This document shows, piece after piece, positions 39,623 through 49,145 of a stretch of 64,000 nucleotides of DNA. Numbering within the stretch: position 1 is the stretch's first letter; each line of letters starts with the position of its first letter. The notes under the pieces were generated by a model. It saw only the letters and a program-made list of their open reading frames with translations. It was not told the DNA's origin and searched no databases. The translations under genes were made by a program, and so were the position numbers. The stretch spans positions 28,639 to 92,638 of the forward strand of contig CABUOQ010000001.1 of the NCBI GenBank assembly GCA_902493275.1. The letters are read 5' to 3'. The stretch is from an uncultured Bacillota bacterium. GTDB taxonomy: Bacteria; Bacillota_I; Bacilli_A; RFN20; CAG-449.

Positions 39623-41179
39623 CTAATTTTTTATGATTGTAACTGTACATTCTTCACTAGTTAAATTAGATACTGAAATTGTATATCCAACTTCGTTTCC
39701 AGCATTGAATCTTGTGCCGTTATTGAAGAAAGTAGAAGATGCTTGGAATTTTTTACTTCCAGTCCATAAAGTAGTAGAAGGATCAATATAACCGCCATAG
39801 CCATTATTGATTTTATTATTTCCACCTTGATCTAAAAGATGCAAATAACGATAGATTTTCTTATAAGCATTACTTAAATAAGAATTTGAATAAGAGTTTG
39901 AAGCTCCAACATAGTAAATATAATTACTATCGGTAATATCTATATCATCAGCATATGAGACAAAATTACCCATTGAATTTAACTTTACCAATCTTGCGTC
40001 AACATGATAGATCCTTAATCCATTATAATTATACATTTTGTCTCTTCCATTATATTGATGCTTAGCATCAATCTCATTTAAGCCTTGATTAGTATAGTAT
40101 TCAATAAAGAGATATTCATCAAAAATCGATTTATTCCAGTCATCATTAATGAGAATGGCTTCATCATATAAGGCGGAAGTTTTTAATTTGATGGTAGCAT
40201 CACCTTTGACATAATATGGATTTATCCATCCAAGAGCAAATTTAGAGTATGCATTTTGATCGCCGACATTGTATGATTGCATTTCTAATTCTCCTGCTGG
40301 ATTCCATGCATTGGTATCGTCATAGCAATAATAATCATCTAATCCAAGCATATGTCCGCTTTCATGAATATAAGTATGCGCATCGACTTTATTATAGTTA
40401 TAACCATCTTGATATTTATCATTCATAAACGCATAGCTAGCCCACATATAGGAATTGAATGCTGGTTTATTAGCATTAGGACTATAAAGATAATTACCTT
40501 GAGATGCTACGTGGCACCACGCCCAGTAGGCGGTATCAGATGTCATTTTATAATCATTAGAGTAAATGAAGATGGCATTATCAACATATCCATCACTATT
40601 AAGGTCATATTTTTTTAATAATGAGGCTTCAGTTGCATTATAATATTTAGAAATCACATAATTAGGCGCATCATTTCCATATGAGTCAAGAGCATTGATG
40701 GTCATATTTAAAGAATATACTGAACTTACTTCCCCAGTAATATTTAATTTACCATAGCTTGATTTATAGTAAAAAGAACTAACAGATTCATAAGCGGTAT
40801 CTTCACTTTTACCAAAAAATGCAGTATTGAGTTCATCTAACATTGTGGATGTCCATTTTGGACCATCTTTAAGTTCAACTGGAATTACTAAGAACTTTTG
40901 ATTACCAACGCTTTTTGTTGTATACCAACCTAATTGTGAGTTTGTATCAGTCATCGTATATTTAACATCATCGCGATTAATCTTTTCATAGTTTAATGCC
41001 TCATCTTTCGATGATACACTGCTAGATGAATTCACAACATTCGACGATGAAGAAATACTATTAAATTCTGATGAGTCGGTAGAAGATGTTTCAGATTGTG
41101 ATGTCCCTAAATTTATTTTTATTGTGCAACTACTCAATAATAATCCACCAAGTAAAATAATTATGCTTTTCTTTTTCAT
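39623..41179 (-). CDS. Lipoprotein zinc metalloprotease, M6 (immune inhibitor A)-like
   Basis: Lipobox LLSSC; HESGHMLGLDDYY matches the M6 HExxHxxGxxD signature; Ser-rich linker after the lipobox. Likely start MKKKSII.. at about 41179. Confidence 0.55.
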   Translation of the reverse strand: MKKKSIIILLGGLLLSSCTIKINLGTSQSETSSTDSSEFNSISSSSNVVNSSSSVSSKDEALNYEKINRDDVKYTMTDTNSQLGWYTTKSVGNQKFLVIPVELKDGPKWTSTMLDELNTAFFGKSEDTAYESVSSFYYKSSYGKLNITGEVSSVYSLNMTINALDSYGNDAPNYVISKYYNATEASLLKKYDLNSDGYVDNAIFIYSNDYKMTSDTAYWAWCHVASQGNYLYSPNANKPAFNSYMWASYAFMNDKYQDGYNYNKVDAHTYIHESGHMLGLDDYYCYDDTNAWNPAGELEMQSYNVGDQNAYSKFALGWINPYYVKGDATIKLKTSALYDEAILINDDWNKSIFDEYLFIEYYTNQGLNEIDAKHQYNGRDKMYNYNGLRIYHVDARLVKLNSMGNFVSYADDIDITDSNYIYYVGASNSYSNSYLSNAYKKIYRYLHLLDQGGNNKINNGYGGYIDPSTTLWTGSKKFQASSTFFNNGTRFNAGNEVGYTISVSNLTSEECTVTIIKN

Positions 41180-41198
41180 AAATAATTCCTCCAAAAAT

Positions 41199-42839
41199 TT
41201 AAATATTAGCATCATATAATGAATGAGCGATATAACTTAAGTGATCACCAGCTCTTTCAAGATTAGAGACTAAGTTAATAAAAATTGAATTAGATAATGG
41301 TGAACATTTTCCTTCTTCTAATCTTTTTATATGTGCACTAATTAATTCACTTCTTAATTTATCAATTTCATTTTCGATTTTATCAGATTGTTTTATTATC
41401 ACCTTTTCGTGTTTAGAAAATAATTTTTTTACATTTTCATATTGTTGATTGAGGTTCTCTTTTAATGATAATATTCCCGTTTCAGCTTCTTTTGTAAAAA
41501 CAAGATTTTCATCTAAACGCTTTTTCGTATATTTAATCATGTTATCAGCAATTTCCGCTTCACGGGAAAAATCAATTAATATACGATGCAGTGAAGCAAT
41601 AAATCTTTCATCTTCGGTATTGATATCTAAAGAAGAAGTTTTAAGCAGATAATTTAATATCTCCGTATTCATTTTATCAATATATGAAATGTTTTCATAT
41701 ATTTTATCTTCATCTTTTAATGAATTATTTAAAAAAGCGTCAATAGATAAATTTAAGCATTCTAATGACATTCTTCCTAAACGCAAAGTTTCTTTACCAG
41801 CTTGATCGATAGCGATAGATGGAGTTTTAAAGAAACGCTCATCAAGAGATGTTATCATTACATTATCCTTTTTATTAGGGATAAGTAGTGTTGCTATCTT
41901 AACAAATATATTTATGAAAGGCAAGAAAATTAGTGTTGAAATAATATTAAAGAAAGTATGGAACATCGCAATTTGGGTTCCAGGAATATTTGGGAACCAT
42001 CGCATAAAAGTATCGTGATTAAAATTAGGCCAACATATCAATAAAATAAAGAACATTGTCGAGCCAAATAAATTGAACAATAAGTGAATTAATGAAGCTC
42101 TTTTAGCGTTTGGTGTAGCGCCAATAGAAGAAGCTAAAGCGGTTATACATGTTCCAATATTCGTACCGAGAATTATATATAAAACCGCATTATAATTATC
42201 GGCACTACCAATACTTAATCCGCTCATAAGCATGGTTATTAATATTGTAGTTACTGCAGATGATGATTGCAATATCGCCGTAATTACCATTCCGACAAGT
42301 AAAAGTAAAAATGGATTATTTATTCCTGATAAAAGCTGCTGAATCTGCTTTGAATTATCAAAAGCCATCGCATCTGACATAAATTGTAAAGCTAAGAAAA
42401 CAAGTCCTAATCCAGCAAGAGACATAAATATATTTTTAGTCTTCTCATGTTTAGATAGCATATTTCCAAATAAACCTATGAAAGCTAATACCATTAAGAC
42501 TTCCGCAACTGGAATAGCATTTAAAGAAACAATCTGCGCAGTAATTGTCGTACCAATGTTAGCACCCATAATCATTGCTGTCGCTTGGAATAGATCCATA
42601 ATTCCGGCGTTAACAAATCCGACTACCATAACCGTTGCCGCGGATGATGATTGAATAATTGCCGTTATTAACGCTCCAATACCAACGCCAATAAAACGAT
42701 TTTTAGATGTCTTCTTAAAAAGTTTTTTTAAGCCAGAATTAGCCAGTTTTTCAATATTTTCAGATAGGATTTTAAATCCAATCAAAAACGCCCCCAAACC
42801 GGCCAATAATTTAACTATTGCAATGACATAATCCCACAT
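41199..42839 (-). CDS. Na+/phosphate cotransporter family protein with C-terminal PhoU-like domains
   Basis: Duplicated NptA-type TM repeats (..IQSSSAATVMVVGFV.. and ..LQSSSAVTTILI..) plus a PhoU-like coiled region; 546 aa. Confidence 0.8.
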   Translation of the reverse strand: MWDYVIAIVKLLAGLGAFLIGFKILSENIEKLANSGLKKLFKKTSKNRFIGVGIGALITAIIQSSSAATVMVVGFVNAGIMDLFQATAMIMGANIGTTITAQIVSLNAIPVAEVLMVLAFIGLFGNMLSKHEKTKNIFMSLAGLGLVFLALQFMSDAMAFDNSKQIQQLLSGINNPFLLLLVGMVITAILQSSSAVTTILITMLMSGLSIGSADNYNAVLYIILGTNIGTCITALASSIGATPNAKRASLIHLLFNLFGSTMFFILLICWPNFNHDTFMRWFPNIPGTQIAMFHTFFNIISTLIFLPFINIFVKIATLLIPNKKDNVMITSLDERFFKTPSIAIDQAGKETLRLGRMSLECLNLSIDAFLNNSLKDEDKIYENISYIDKMNTEILNYLLKTSSLDINTEDERFIASLHRILIDFSREAEIADNMIKYTKKRLDENLVFTKEAETGILSLKENLNQQYENVKKLFSKHEKVIIKQSDKIENEIDKLRSELISAHIKRLEEGKCSPLSNSIFINLVSNLERAGDHLSYIAHSLYDANI

Positions 42840-42855
42840 TAATAATCCCCTTTGT

Positions 42856-44388
42856 CTACATTAATGGCGCAATCATTCTTAAAATATCCTTAAGTATGCG
42901 CTCATGAACTTTTAATTTACCATTTTTATCATTGATTTCCACGCCATCATTTTTAATGATATTTTCAAAATCCTGTTTCATTAATAAAATACTATCATCA
43001 TTATAAATCCAAGCCCCACATTCAAAATGATGTACAGTTGAGCGATAATCAAGATTAATTGTTCCAACTGTTGCTATTTTATCATCACAAACAAACATTT
43101 TAGCATGTATGAATCCTGGTTTATATTCATATATTCCAACTCCCTCTTTTATCAAATTTTGGTAATTGCTTTTTGTCATGATATATATCACTTTTTTATC
43201 TGGAATATGTGGAGTGATAATTTTTACATCGACTCCTCTTTTAGAAGCATTAATTATCGCTTCAAAAAATTCATAATCCATGATTAAATAAGGTGTAGTA
43301 ATATATAGATATTTTACCGCTTGATTAATGATATTTAAATAGACATTTTTACCAACATAATATTGATAAGTTGGAGAAGGGCCATCGCCATAAAGTGATA
43401 TGAAACTTTTATTTTCATAAATCTCATGCTTATTATTTAAGTATTTGCTTGGATCAATTTTCTTTAATGCACTGGAATTATAAAGTTTAATGAACATGAA
43501 TATCAATGAATCAACGCATTTACCTTTAACAAGCACGGCATTATCTTTCCATACTCCAAATGGATGTTTGATATTTACATATTCATCTGCGATATTAATT
43601 CCACCAGTAAATCCAACTTCACCATCGATGACAGTAATCTTACGATGATCACGATTATTATGAATCACAGATACTAATGGTTTAAAGGGTAAAAATTTAC
43701 ATGCGTTAATACCTTCATTTCTTAAATCATAAAAGAAACCATTTCGTACTTTTGAGATGCTTCCTACATCATCATACATAAAATATATTTCGACGCCTTC
43801 TTTAGCTTTTTTTAGTAATATCTCATGGATTGAATCAAGCATTGTACCGTATTCAACAATGAAATATTCCATAAAAATATATTTTTTAGCTTTTGATAAT
43901 TCTTCAAGCAATTTAGCGTGAAACTCTTCTCCAGTAGATAAATACTCAATATAGCAATCTTTATAAACTGGTAAATTGATTGTATTTTCAATATAACGCG
44001 CTTGTCCATAGGCATTTTCATTAGTGTTTTTTAATTGCTCAAAAGCATCCTCATTTACTAAGCAATAGGACTTAAGTTCTTTTGTTTCTTCTTCAAGTTT
44101 CTTACGATTTTTCTTCGACAAATTATAATTTCCAAACGCTCCATAAAGAGTAATTCCAAAAATAGGTAATATTAAAATAATGGCAATCCATGGTAATTTA
44201 AATGATGCTGGTCGATTCTTATTCAATATGACAAGAAACACGATAATTGCAATCACCGAAAAAGCATAATTAACCCATCTATAATATGATGCTAACCAGA
44301 ATGTGGTTGCACACAAAACTAGTACTTGCAATATAATTGCAATAAATACATAAAAAAATCGTGAAAAGAAAATTTTTAAAAATCTCAT
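42856..44388 (-). CDS. cls: Cardiolipin synthase
   Basis: Two N-terminal TM helices and two PLD HKD motifs (HRKITVIDGEVGFTGGINIAD and HAKMFVCDDKIATVGTINLD); 510 aa. Confidence 0.9.
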   Translation of the reverse strand: MRFLKIFFSRFFYVFIAIILQVLVLCATTFWLASYYRWVNYAFSVIAIIVFLVILNKNRPASFKLPWIAIILILPIFGITLYGAFGNYNLSKKNRKKLEEETKELKSYCLVNEDAFEQLKNTNENAYGQARYIENTINLPVYKDCYIEYLSTGEEFHAKLLEELSKAKKYIFMEYFIVEYGTMLDSIHEILLKKAKEGVEIYFMYDDVGSISKVRNGFFYDLRNEGINACKFLPFKPLVSVIHNNRDHRKITVIDGEVGFTGGINIADEYVNIKHPFGVWKDNAVLVKGKCVDSLIFMFIKLYNSSALKKIDPSKYLNNKHEIYENKSFISLYGDGPSPTYQYYVGKNVYLNIINQAVKYLYITTPYLIMDYEFFEAIINASKRGVDVKIITPHIPDKKVIYIMTKSNYQNLIKEGVGIYEYKPGFIHAKMFVCDDKIATVGTINLDYRSTVHHFECGAWIYNDDSILLMKQDFENIIKNDGVEINDKNGKLKVHERILKDILRMIAPLM

Positions 44389-44666
44389 ATATAATACCTA
44401 GTTTATCCTCAATGCAATTGCGTATAAACTAATTTAATAATATATTTTTTATATATTTTTTTCAATTATGATTAAAAATAAAAACTCTAAATTCCAAATT
44501 TAATTCATCATTATAATTAAAATTTATAGCTATGTAAATATTATTTATGAACTCAATTTTGATATAAAATCATGTACTATATACTGTGTATATAGTAAAT
44601 ATCATAAAAAAGTTTAAACAAAAAAACTTATTTACAATTAAATTTTATTATATTATATTTTCAATG

Positions 44667-44686
44667 TAATCATATGTAAGCCCTTA
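44667..44686. promoter_or_regulatory. Perfect 9-bp inverted repeat ATATGTAAG-cc-CTTACATAT upstream of the malic-enzyme operon (candidate operator)
   Basis: Palindrome read directly. A second 8-bp palindrome ACTATATA-N5-TATATAGT lies at about 44576-44596. Confidence 0.3.
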
Positions 44687-44804
44687 CATATAAAGTGATC
44701 TCTCTCATGATTTATTTTATATTTATATTTTAATTTCATGACATCTAACTCACTATTCAGCAAGAAAATTGCTAGCTGCATTATAAATACCAAGGAGGAA
44801 TATT

Positions 44805-45977
44805 ATGTCAATTTATGATGAATCGCTAAAACAACATTACCAATGGCATGGTAAAATTGAAACTCGTCCTCGTGTCGAAGTCGATACTAAGGAAAAATTA
44901 ATGCTCTGCTATACTCCTGGAGTTGCCCAAGCGTGCCTAGAAATTCAAAAAGATGTTAATAAGTCTTTTGAGTTAACTAGACGTTGGAATACTGTTGCCA
45001 TTATAACCGATGGTACTGCAATATTAGGTTTAGGAGATATCGGTCCAGAAGCAGGAATGCCAGTAATGGAAGGAAAAGCTGCTTTATTTAAAGCTTTTGG
45101 AAATGTTGATGCTTTTCCACTATGTTTAAAAACTAAAGATACCGAAGAAATTATTCGTACTATTCAAATTTTAAGTGGCTCATTTGGAGGAATTAATTTA
45201 GAAGATATTTCTGCTCCACGTTGCTTTGAGATTGAAAGACGATTAAAACAGACATGTGGAATTCCAGTTTTCCATGATGACCAACATGGAACTGCTATCG
45301 TAGTGGGTGCCGCAGTATTAAATGCCTTAAAAATTGTAAAAAAAGATATTGAAGATGTCGTTTGCGTTATTAATGGTGCTGGTGCCGCGGGAATCTCTAT
45401 CGGAAAATTCTTATTAAAGCTTGGCGTCAAGGATGTTATTTTCTGTGATCGTCAAGGAATTATTTATGAAGGAATGGAAAATTTAAATTCCGCTCATGAA
45501 GAAGTTTCACATATTTCCAATAAAAAACACTTAAAAGGATTATTAAAGGATGCCTTAGTGGGAGCTGATATCTTTGTTGGAGTTTCAGCACCAAGATTAG
45601 TGAATAAAGAAATGATTCAAACAATGAATCACGATGCAATAGTCTTCCCTCTAGCAAATCCAGTCCCTGAAATAACTCGTGAAGAAGCTATAGCAGGTGG
45701 AGCAAGAATTGTTGGCACTGGCTCTTCTGAACATCCAAATCAAATTAATAACGTATTAGTATTCCCTGGTGTTTTCCGTGGTGCGTTAGATGCTAGAGCC
45801 AAAGATATCAATATGGAAATGATGATTGCAGCTGCTAAGGCCATCGCTGGAATGATTAAAGATGAAGATTTAAATGAAGATAATATTATTCCTCTAGCCT
45901 TTGATAAGAAAGCTCATGAAGCTGTAGCTAAAGCAGTTAAGGAAGCCGCGTATAAAACTAAAGTAAATCAAATATAA
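44805..45977 (+). CDS. NAD(P)-dependent malic enzyme (short MaeB/MleS-type)
   Basis: 390 aa. ..ALVYTPGVA.. type N-terminus, dinucleotide-binding GAGAAG, conserved ..NQINNVLVFPG.. block. Confidence 0.88.
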   Translation: MSIYDESLKQHYQWHGKIETRPRVEVDTKEKLMLCYTPGVAQACLEIQKDVNKSFELTRRWNTVAIITDGTAILGLGDIGPEAGMPVMEGKAALFKAFGNVDAFPLCLKTKDTEEIIRTIQILSGSFGGINLEDISAPRCFEIERRLKQTCGIPVFHDDQHGTAIVVGAAVLNALKIVKKDIEDVVCVINGAGAAGISIGKFLLKLGVKDVIFCDRQGIIYEGMENLNSAHEEVSHISNKKHLKGLLKDALVGADIFVGVSAPRLVNKEMIQTMNHDAIVFPLANPVPEITREEAIAGGARIVGTGSSEHPNQINNVLVFPGVFRGALDARAKDINMEMMIAAAKAIAGMIKDEDLNEDNIIPLAFDKKAHEAVAKAVKEAAYKTKVNQI

Positions 45978-45986
45978 GGTGCAACA

Positions 45987-47198
45987 ATGAAAACAAGTAA
46001 AAAAATACTTATCAGTCCCTTAATCATATTATTAAGTATTGGTATTCTCGCGTGTTCAAATCAAAATGACACAATGGGATTTGATAATACAACTTACGAT
46101 ATTTCACTCAATAATGATAAAAGTGTAATCGCCACAATTAAGAAAAATAATAATGGTTATTCACTTGATATTACTGGAGAAGGTGATGTAAAAGATTTTT
46201 CAAAAAAGAATCGAACTCCATGGTATTCTATCTATAAAAAAATAAATGAAATATCTATTGGAAATGGAATAAAGAGTCTAGGAAATGAAGTATTTAATAA
46301 TATTAATCTTCCTTATCTTATAACTCCAGAAACGTTGACGAAAATAACTTCCACCTCCTTTTATGAAAATACGATTATATACTCCTATGCTGATGATATC
46401 GAAGGTGATGAGAACTATACCATTTATTACTATTCAGAAAATCAACCATCTTCTCAGGAATCTAACAATAAAAAATATTGGCATATCGTTGACGATCTCA
46501 TTACCATATGGCCATCAATCGAAGAGATAAAAACATTATTTGTCGGTAATAGTTTTACTTATTATAACGATATTCCTGCCCTTACTCAATCAATAGCTAA
46601 TGATTTAGGCTATAACTTAGTTTGTGAATCTGTTACTATGGGGTCTCATAATCTAGAACAATTTGCAAATAAAGATGATGAATATGGCAAAATAGTTTTT
46701 AATAAATTAACTGCAAATAATGATTATAAATATCTTATTCTACAAGAGCAATCAACTAGAAGTTACACTAAATATTCTAACTTTAAAAATGGTGCTACTA
46801 TCTTAAAACTTCTCGCAGATTCAACTCAAACTGACTGTACAACAAGGCTCTACTCCACTTGGGGATATCAATCTGCCGCGGATGACCTTAAAGTTACAAT
46901 ACCAGAAATGGAAGAAAAAGTGCGTGATGCTTATGACAGTTTAGCTCAAGAATTAAATGTTAATGTTCATTACGTTGGTAAAGCTTTTTCAAAAGTTTAC
47001 TTAGAATATAATTCACAAATAAATTTATATCACACTGATAATAAACATCCTTCATATGCGGGCAGTTATTTATCAGCCTTAATACATGTCGGAAGCATAC
47101 TTAAATGTGATATCCGTAACACACAATTTATAGGAGAACTAAAAGAGCCTATTGCTGAAATTCTCAAACAAGTAGCATATGAAGTTTTAATTAATTAA
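45987..47198 (+). CDS. Lipoprotein with a BspA-type LRR-like N-terminal region and an SGNH/GDSL-like hydrolase C-terminal domain
   Basis: Lipobox LAC. ..FVGNSFTYYNDIP.. (degenerate GDSx block I) and ..DNKHPSYAGSYL.. (block V DxxH). Confidence 0.45.
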   Translation: MKTSKKILISPLIILLSIGILACSNQNDTMGFDNTTYDISLNNDKSVIATIKKNNNGYSLDITGEGDVKDFSKKNRTPWYSIYKKINEISIGNGIKSLGNEVFNNINLPYLITPETLTKITSTSFYENTIIYSYADDIEGDENYTIYYYSENQPSSQESNNKKYWHIVDDLITIWPSIEEIKTLFVGNSFTYYNDIPALTQSIANDLGYNLVCESVTMGSHNLEQFANKDDEYGKIVFNKLTANNDYKYLILQEQSTRSYTKYSNFKNGATILKLLADSTQTDCTTRLYSTWGYQSAADDLKVTIPEMEEKVRDAYDSLAQELNVNVHYVGKAFSKVYLEYNSQINLYHTDNKHPSYAGSYLSALIHVGSILKCDIRNTQFIGELKEPIAEILKQVAYEVLIN

Positions 47199-47213
47199 AG
47201 AAAGGAAAAGACA

Positions 47214-49130
47214 ATGAAAAAAAAGAAATTAATACTTTTATTCAGTTCGATATTAACCCTTGCTGGAATTGCCGGATGTAATAGTAATATCACATCATCA
47301 AATTCACAAGAAGAATCAATTAGTATCGTCAATCATTACTTAGTTCATTTCTATGTCGAAGAAAAACTATATACAACAGTAAGAGTCGCAGAAGGTGAAA
47401 TAATTGACAAGGAGATTCCAACACCTACCAAAACCGGCTACCGCTTTGTTGGATGGCAACTAGCTAATGGAGTCAGTTTTGATATCTTAACTGAACAAAT
47501 AACTTCCTCACTTGATTTATTCGCATCATTTAAAAAAATTGAAGAGACAATCAATGTTGAAGATGTTAAAGATGCTAATAAAGAATACTATCTTGTCATT
47601 GGCTGGTATGGTAAGACTTCAACTTCTGGATTAGATAATACTGTTATGACTACATTCGCCAAAAATCTTGTAACTTATCTTAAAAAGATTGGCGCAACTA
47701 ATGATAATATAAATAACGTTAGCATTAGAAAATACTGTGGTGATGTTGAGCCAAATGACGTCGCTACTATGGGTGGATTAATCAATACTGATGGTGATTG
47801 TGATTTACTTCTTGGAATTGGTAAAAACATCACTTCTACTGGTGGAGTTGAAACTAAAGATCGTGTCGACACTATCACAATGGGGGAAAAGACGCGTTCA
47901 ATGGCATTAGTAAGTGAAAACGAAATTGCAGCTAAAGTGTATGATTACATTCAAAGATGCCAAGAGACAACAAACTCAATCTTTACTGCTGAATTTGATA
48001 TTTCCAAAACACCTGTTGACAATGGATCATCCGTTGATCCTGAACCTGATCCTGAACCAGGTGATGAAACTATTAATGTTGAAGATGTTAAAGATGCTAA
48101 TAAAGAATACTATCTTGTTATTGGTTGGTATGGTAAAACATCCACTTCTGGATTAGATAATACTGTTATGACTACGTTTGCTAATAATCTTGTCACCTAT
48201 TTAAAAGCAATCGGAGCAACGAATGAGAATATTAAAGGTATAAGTATTAGAAAATACTGTGGTGATGCTGAGCCAAATGATGTCGCTACAATGGGTGGAT
48301 TAATCAATACTGATGGTGATTGTGATTTACTTCTTGGAATTGGTAAAAACATCACTTCTACTGGTGGAGTTGAAACTAAAGATCGTGTCGACACTATCAC
48401 AATGGGGGAAAAGACGCGTTCAATGGCATTAGTAAGTGAAAACGAAATTGCAGCTAAAGTGTATGATTACATTCAAAGATGCCAAGAGACAGAAAACTCA
48501 ATATTTACCTCGACATTTGATATCGCAAAGACTCCAACATCTGAAGAAACAGTTGACCCAAATCCTTCATATGTTCCATTCGAAGGAACCTTAAATGTCG
48601 AAGATGTTAAAGATTCAAGTAAAGAATACTATCTTGTCATTGGTTGGTATGGTAAAACCTCTACTTCAGGTTTAGATAATACTGTCATGACCACGTTTGC
48701 TAATAATCTAATTAAATATATGAATGATATGAAAATTAATAAAGATGATACTGCGCGTATAAGTATTAGAAAATACTGTGGTGATGTTGAACCAAATGAT
48801 GTTGCTACTATGGGTGGATTAATTAATACCGATGGTGATTGTGATATTCTTCTTGGTGTTGGTAAAAACATCACTTCTACAGGTGGAGTTGAAACTAAAG
48901 ATCGTGTCGATACCATCAATATGGGTAGTAAAACGCGTTCAATGGCATTAGTAAGTGATAAAGAAATAGCAACCAAATTATTTAACTATGTTCAAAAATG
49001 TCAAGATGCGTCTAATTCAATCTTCACTCCTGAGTTTGATATATCAAAAACACCTACTGATGATGGAACTACTAGTAGCTTAAATAATCCGTTATTGCTA
49101 GATGAGTATATATTTACTTTGGGTTTATAA
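47214..49130 (+). CDS. Lipoprotein: N-terminal Listeria-Bacteroides (Flg_new) repeat followed by three tandem roughly 173-aa copies of an unrecognised domain
   Basis: Lipobox AGC. ..GYRFVGWQL..LDLFASF is Flg_new-like. Each repeat unit is INVEDVKDANKEYYLVIGWYGKTSTSGLD...CGDVEPNDVATMGGLINTDGDCDLLLGIGKNITSTGGVETKDRVDTITMGEKTRSMALVSENEIAAKVYDYIQRCQ. Confidence 0.75.
   Translation: MKKKKLILLFSSILTLAGIAGCNSNITSSNSQEESISIVNHYLVHFYVEEKLYTTVRVAEGEIIDKEIPTPTKTGYRFVGWQLANGVSFDILTEQITSSLDLFASFKKIEETINVEDVKDANKEYYLVIGWYGKTSTSGLDNTVMTTFAKNLVTYLKKIGATNDNINNVSIRKYCGDVEPNDVATMGGLINTDGDCDLLLGIGKNITSTGGVETKDRVDTITMGEKTRSMALVSENEIAAKVYDYIQRCQETTNSIFTAEFDISKTPVDNGSSVDPEPDPEPGDETINVEDVKDANKEYYLVIGWYGKTSTSGLDNTVMTTFANNLVTYLKAIGATNENIKGISIRKYCGDAEPNDVATMGGLINTDGDCDLLLGIGKNITSTGGVETKDRVDTITMGEKTRSMALVSENEIAAKVYDYIQRCQETENSIFTSTFDIAKTPTSEETVDPNPSYVPFEGTLNVEDVKDSSKEYYLVIGWYGKTSTSGLDNTVMTTFANNLIKYMNDMKINKDDTARISIRKYCGDVEPNDVATMGGLINTDGDCDILLGVGKNITSTGGVETKDRVDTINMGSKTRSMALVSDKEIATKLFNYVQKCQDASNSIFTPEFDISKTPTDDGTTSSLNNPLLLDEYIFTLGL
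47551..49100 (+). repeat. Three tandem roughly 519-bp coding repeats; copies 1 and 2 about 97% identical, copy 3 about 80%
   Basis: Period measured from the repeated string aatgttgaagatgttaaagatgctaataaagaatac at about 47562 and about 48081, and the diverged aatgtcgaagatgttaaagattcaagtaaagaatac at about 48594. The identical antisense ORFs in the track (47675-47878 and 48197-48400) follow from this DNA repeat. Confidence 0.85.
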
Positions 49131-49145
49131 AATTGAGGAGGATAT

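Noticed and set aside
40352-44021. ORFs 40352-40618, 41449-41652, 43105-43287 and 43812-44021
   Set aside because: Embedded in or antisense to the M6-like, Na/Pi cotransporter and cls genes.
45164-45657. Minus-strand ORFs in the malic enzyme gene
   Set aside because: Antisense to a well-supported gene.
47675-48976. Minus-strand ORFs 47675-47878 and 48197-48400 (identical products), 48629-48976, and 47914-48156 (+)
   Set aside because: Artefacts of the 519-bp tandem DNA repeat inside the repeat-lipoprotein gene. Their identity follows from the repeat and says nothing about coding. Not a CRISPR array: there are no short unique spacers and the units are coding.
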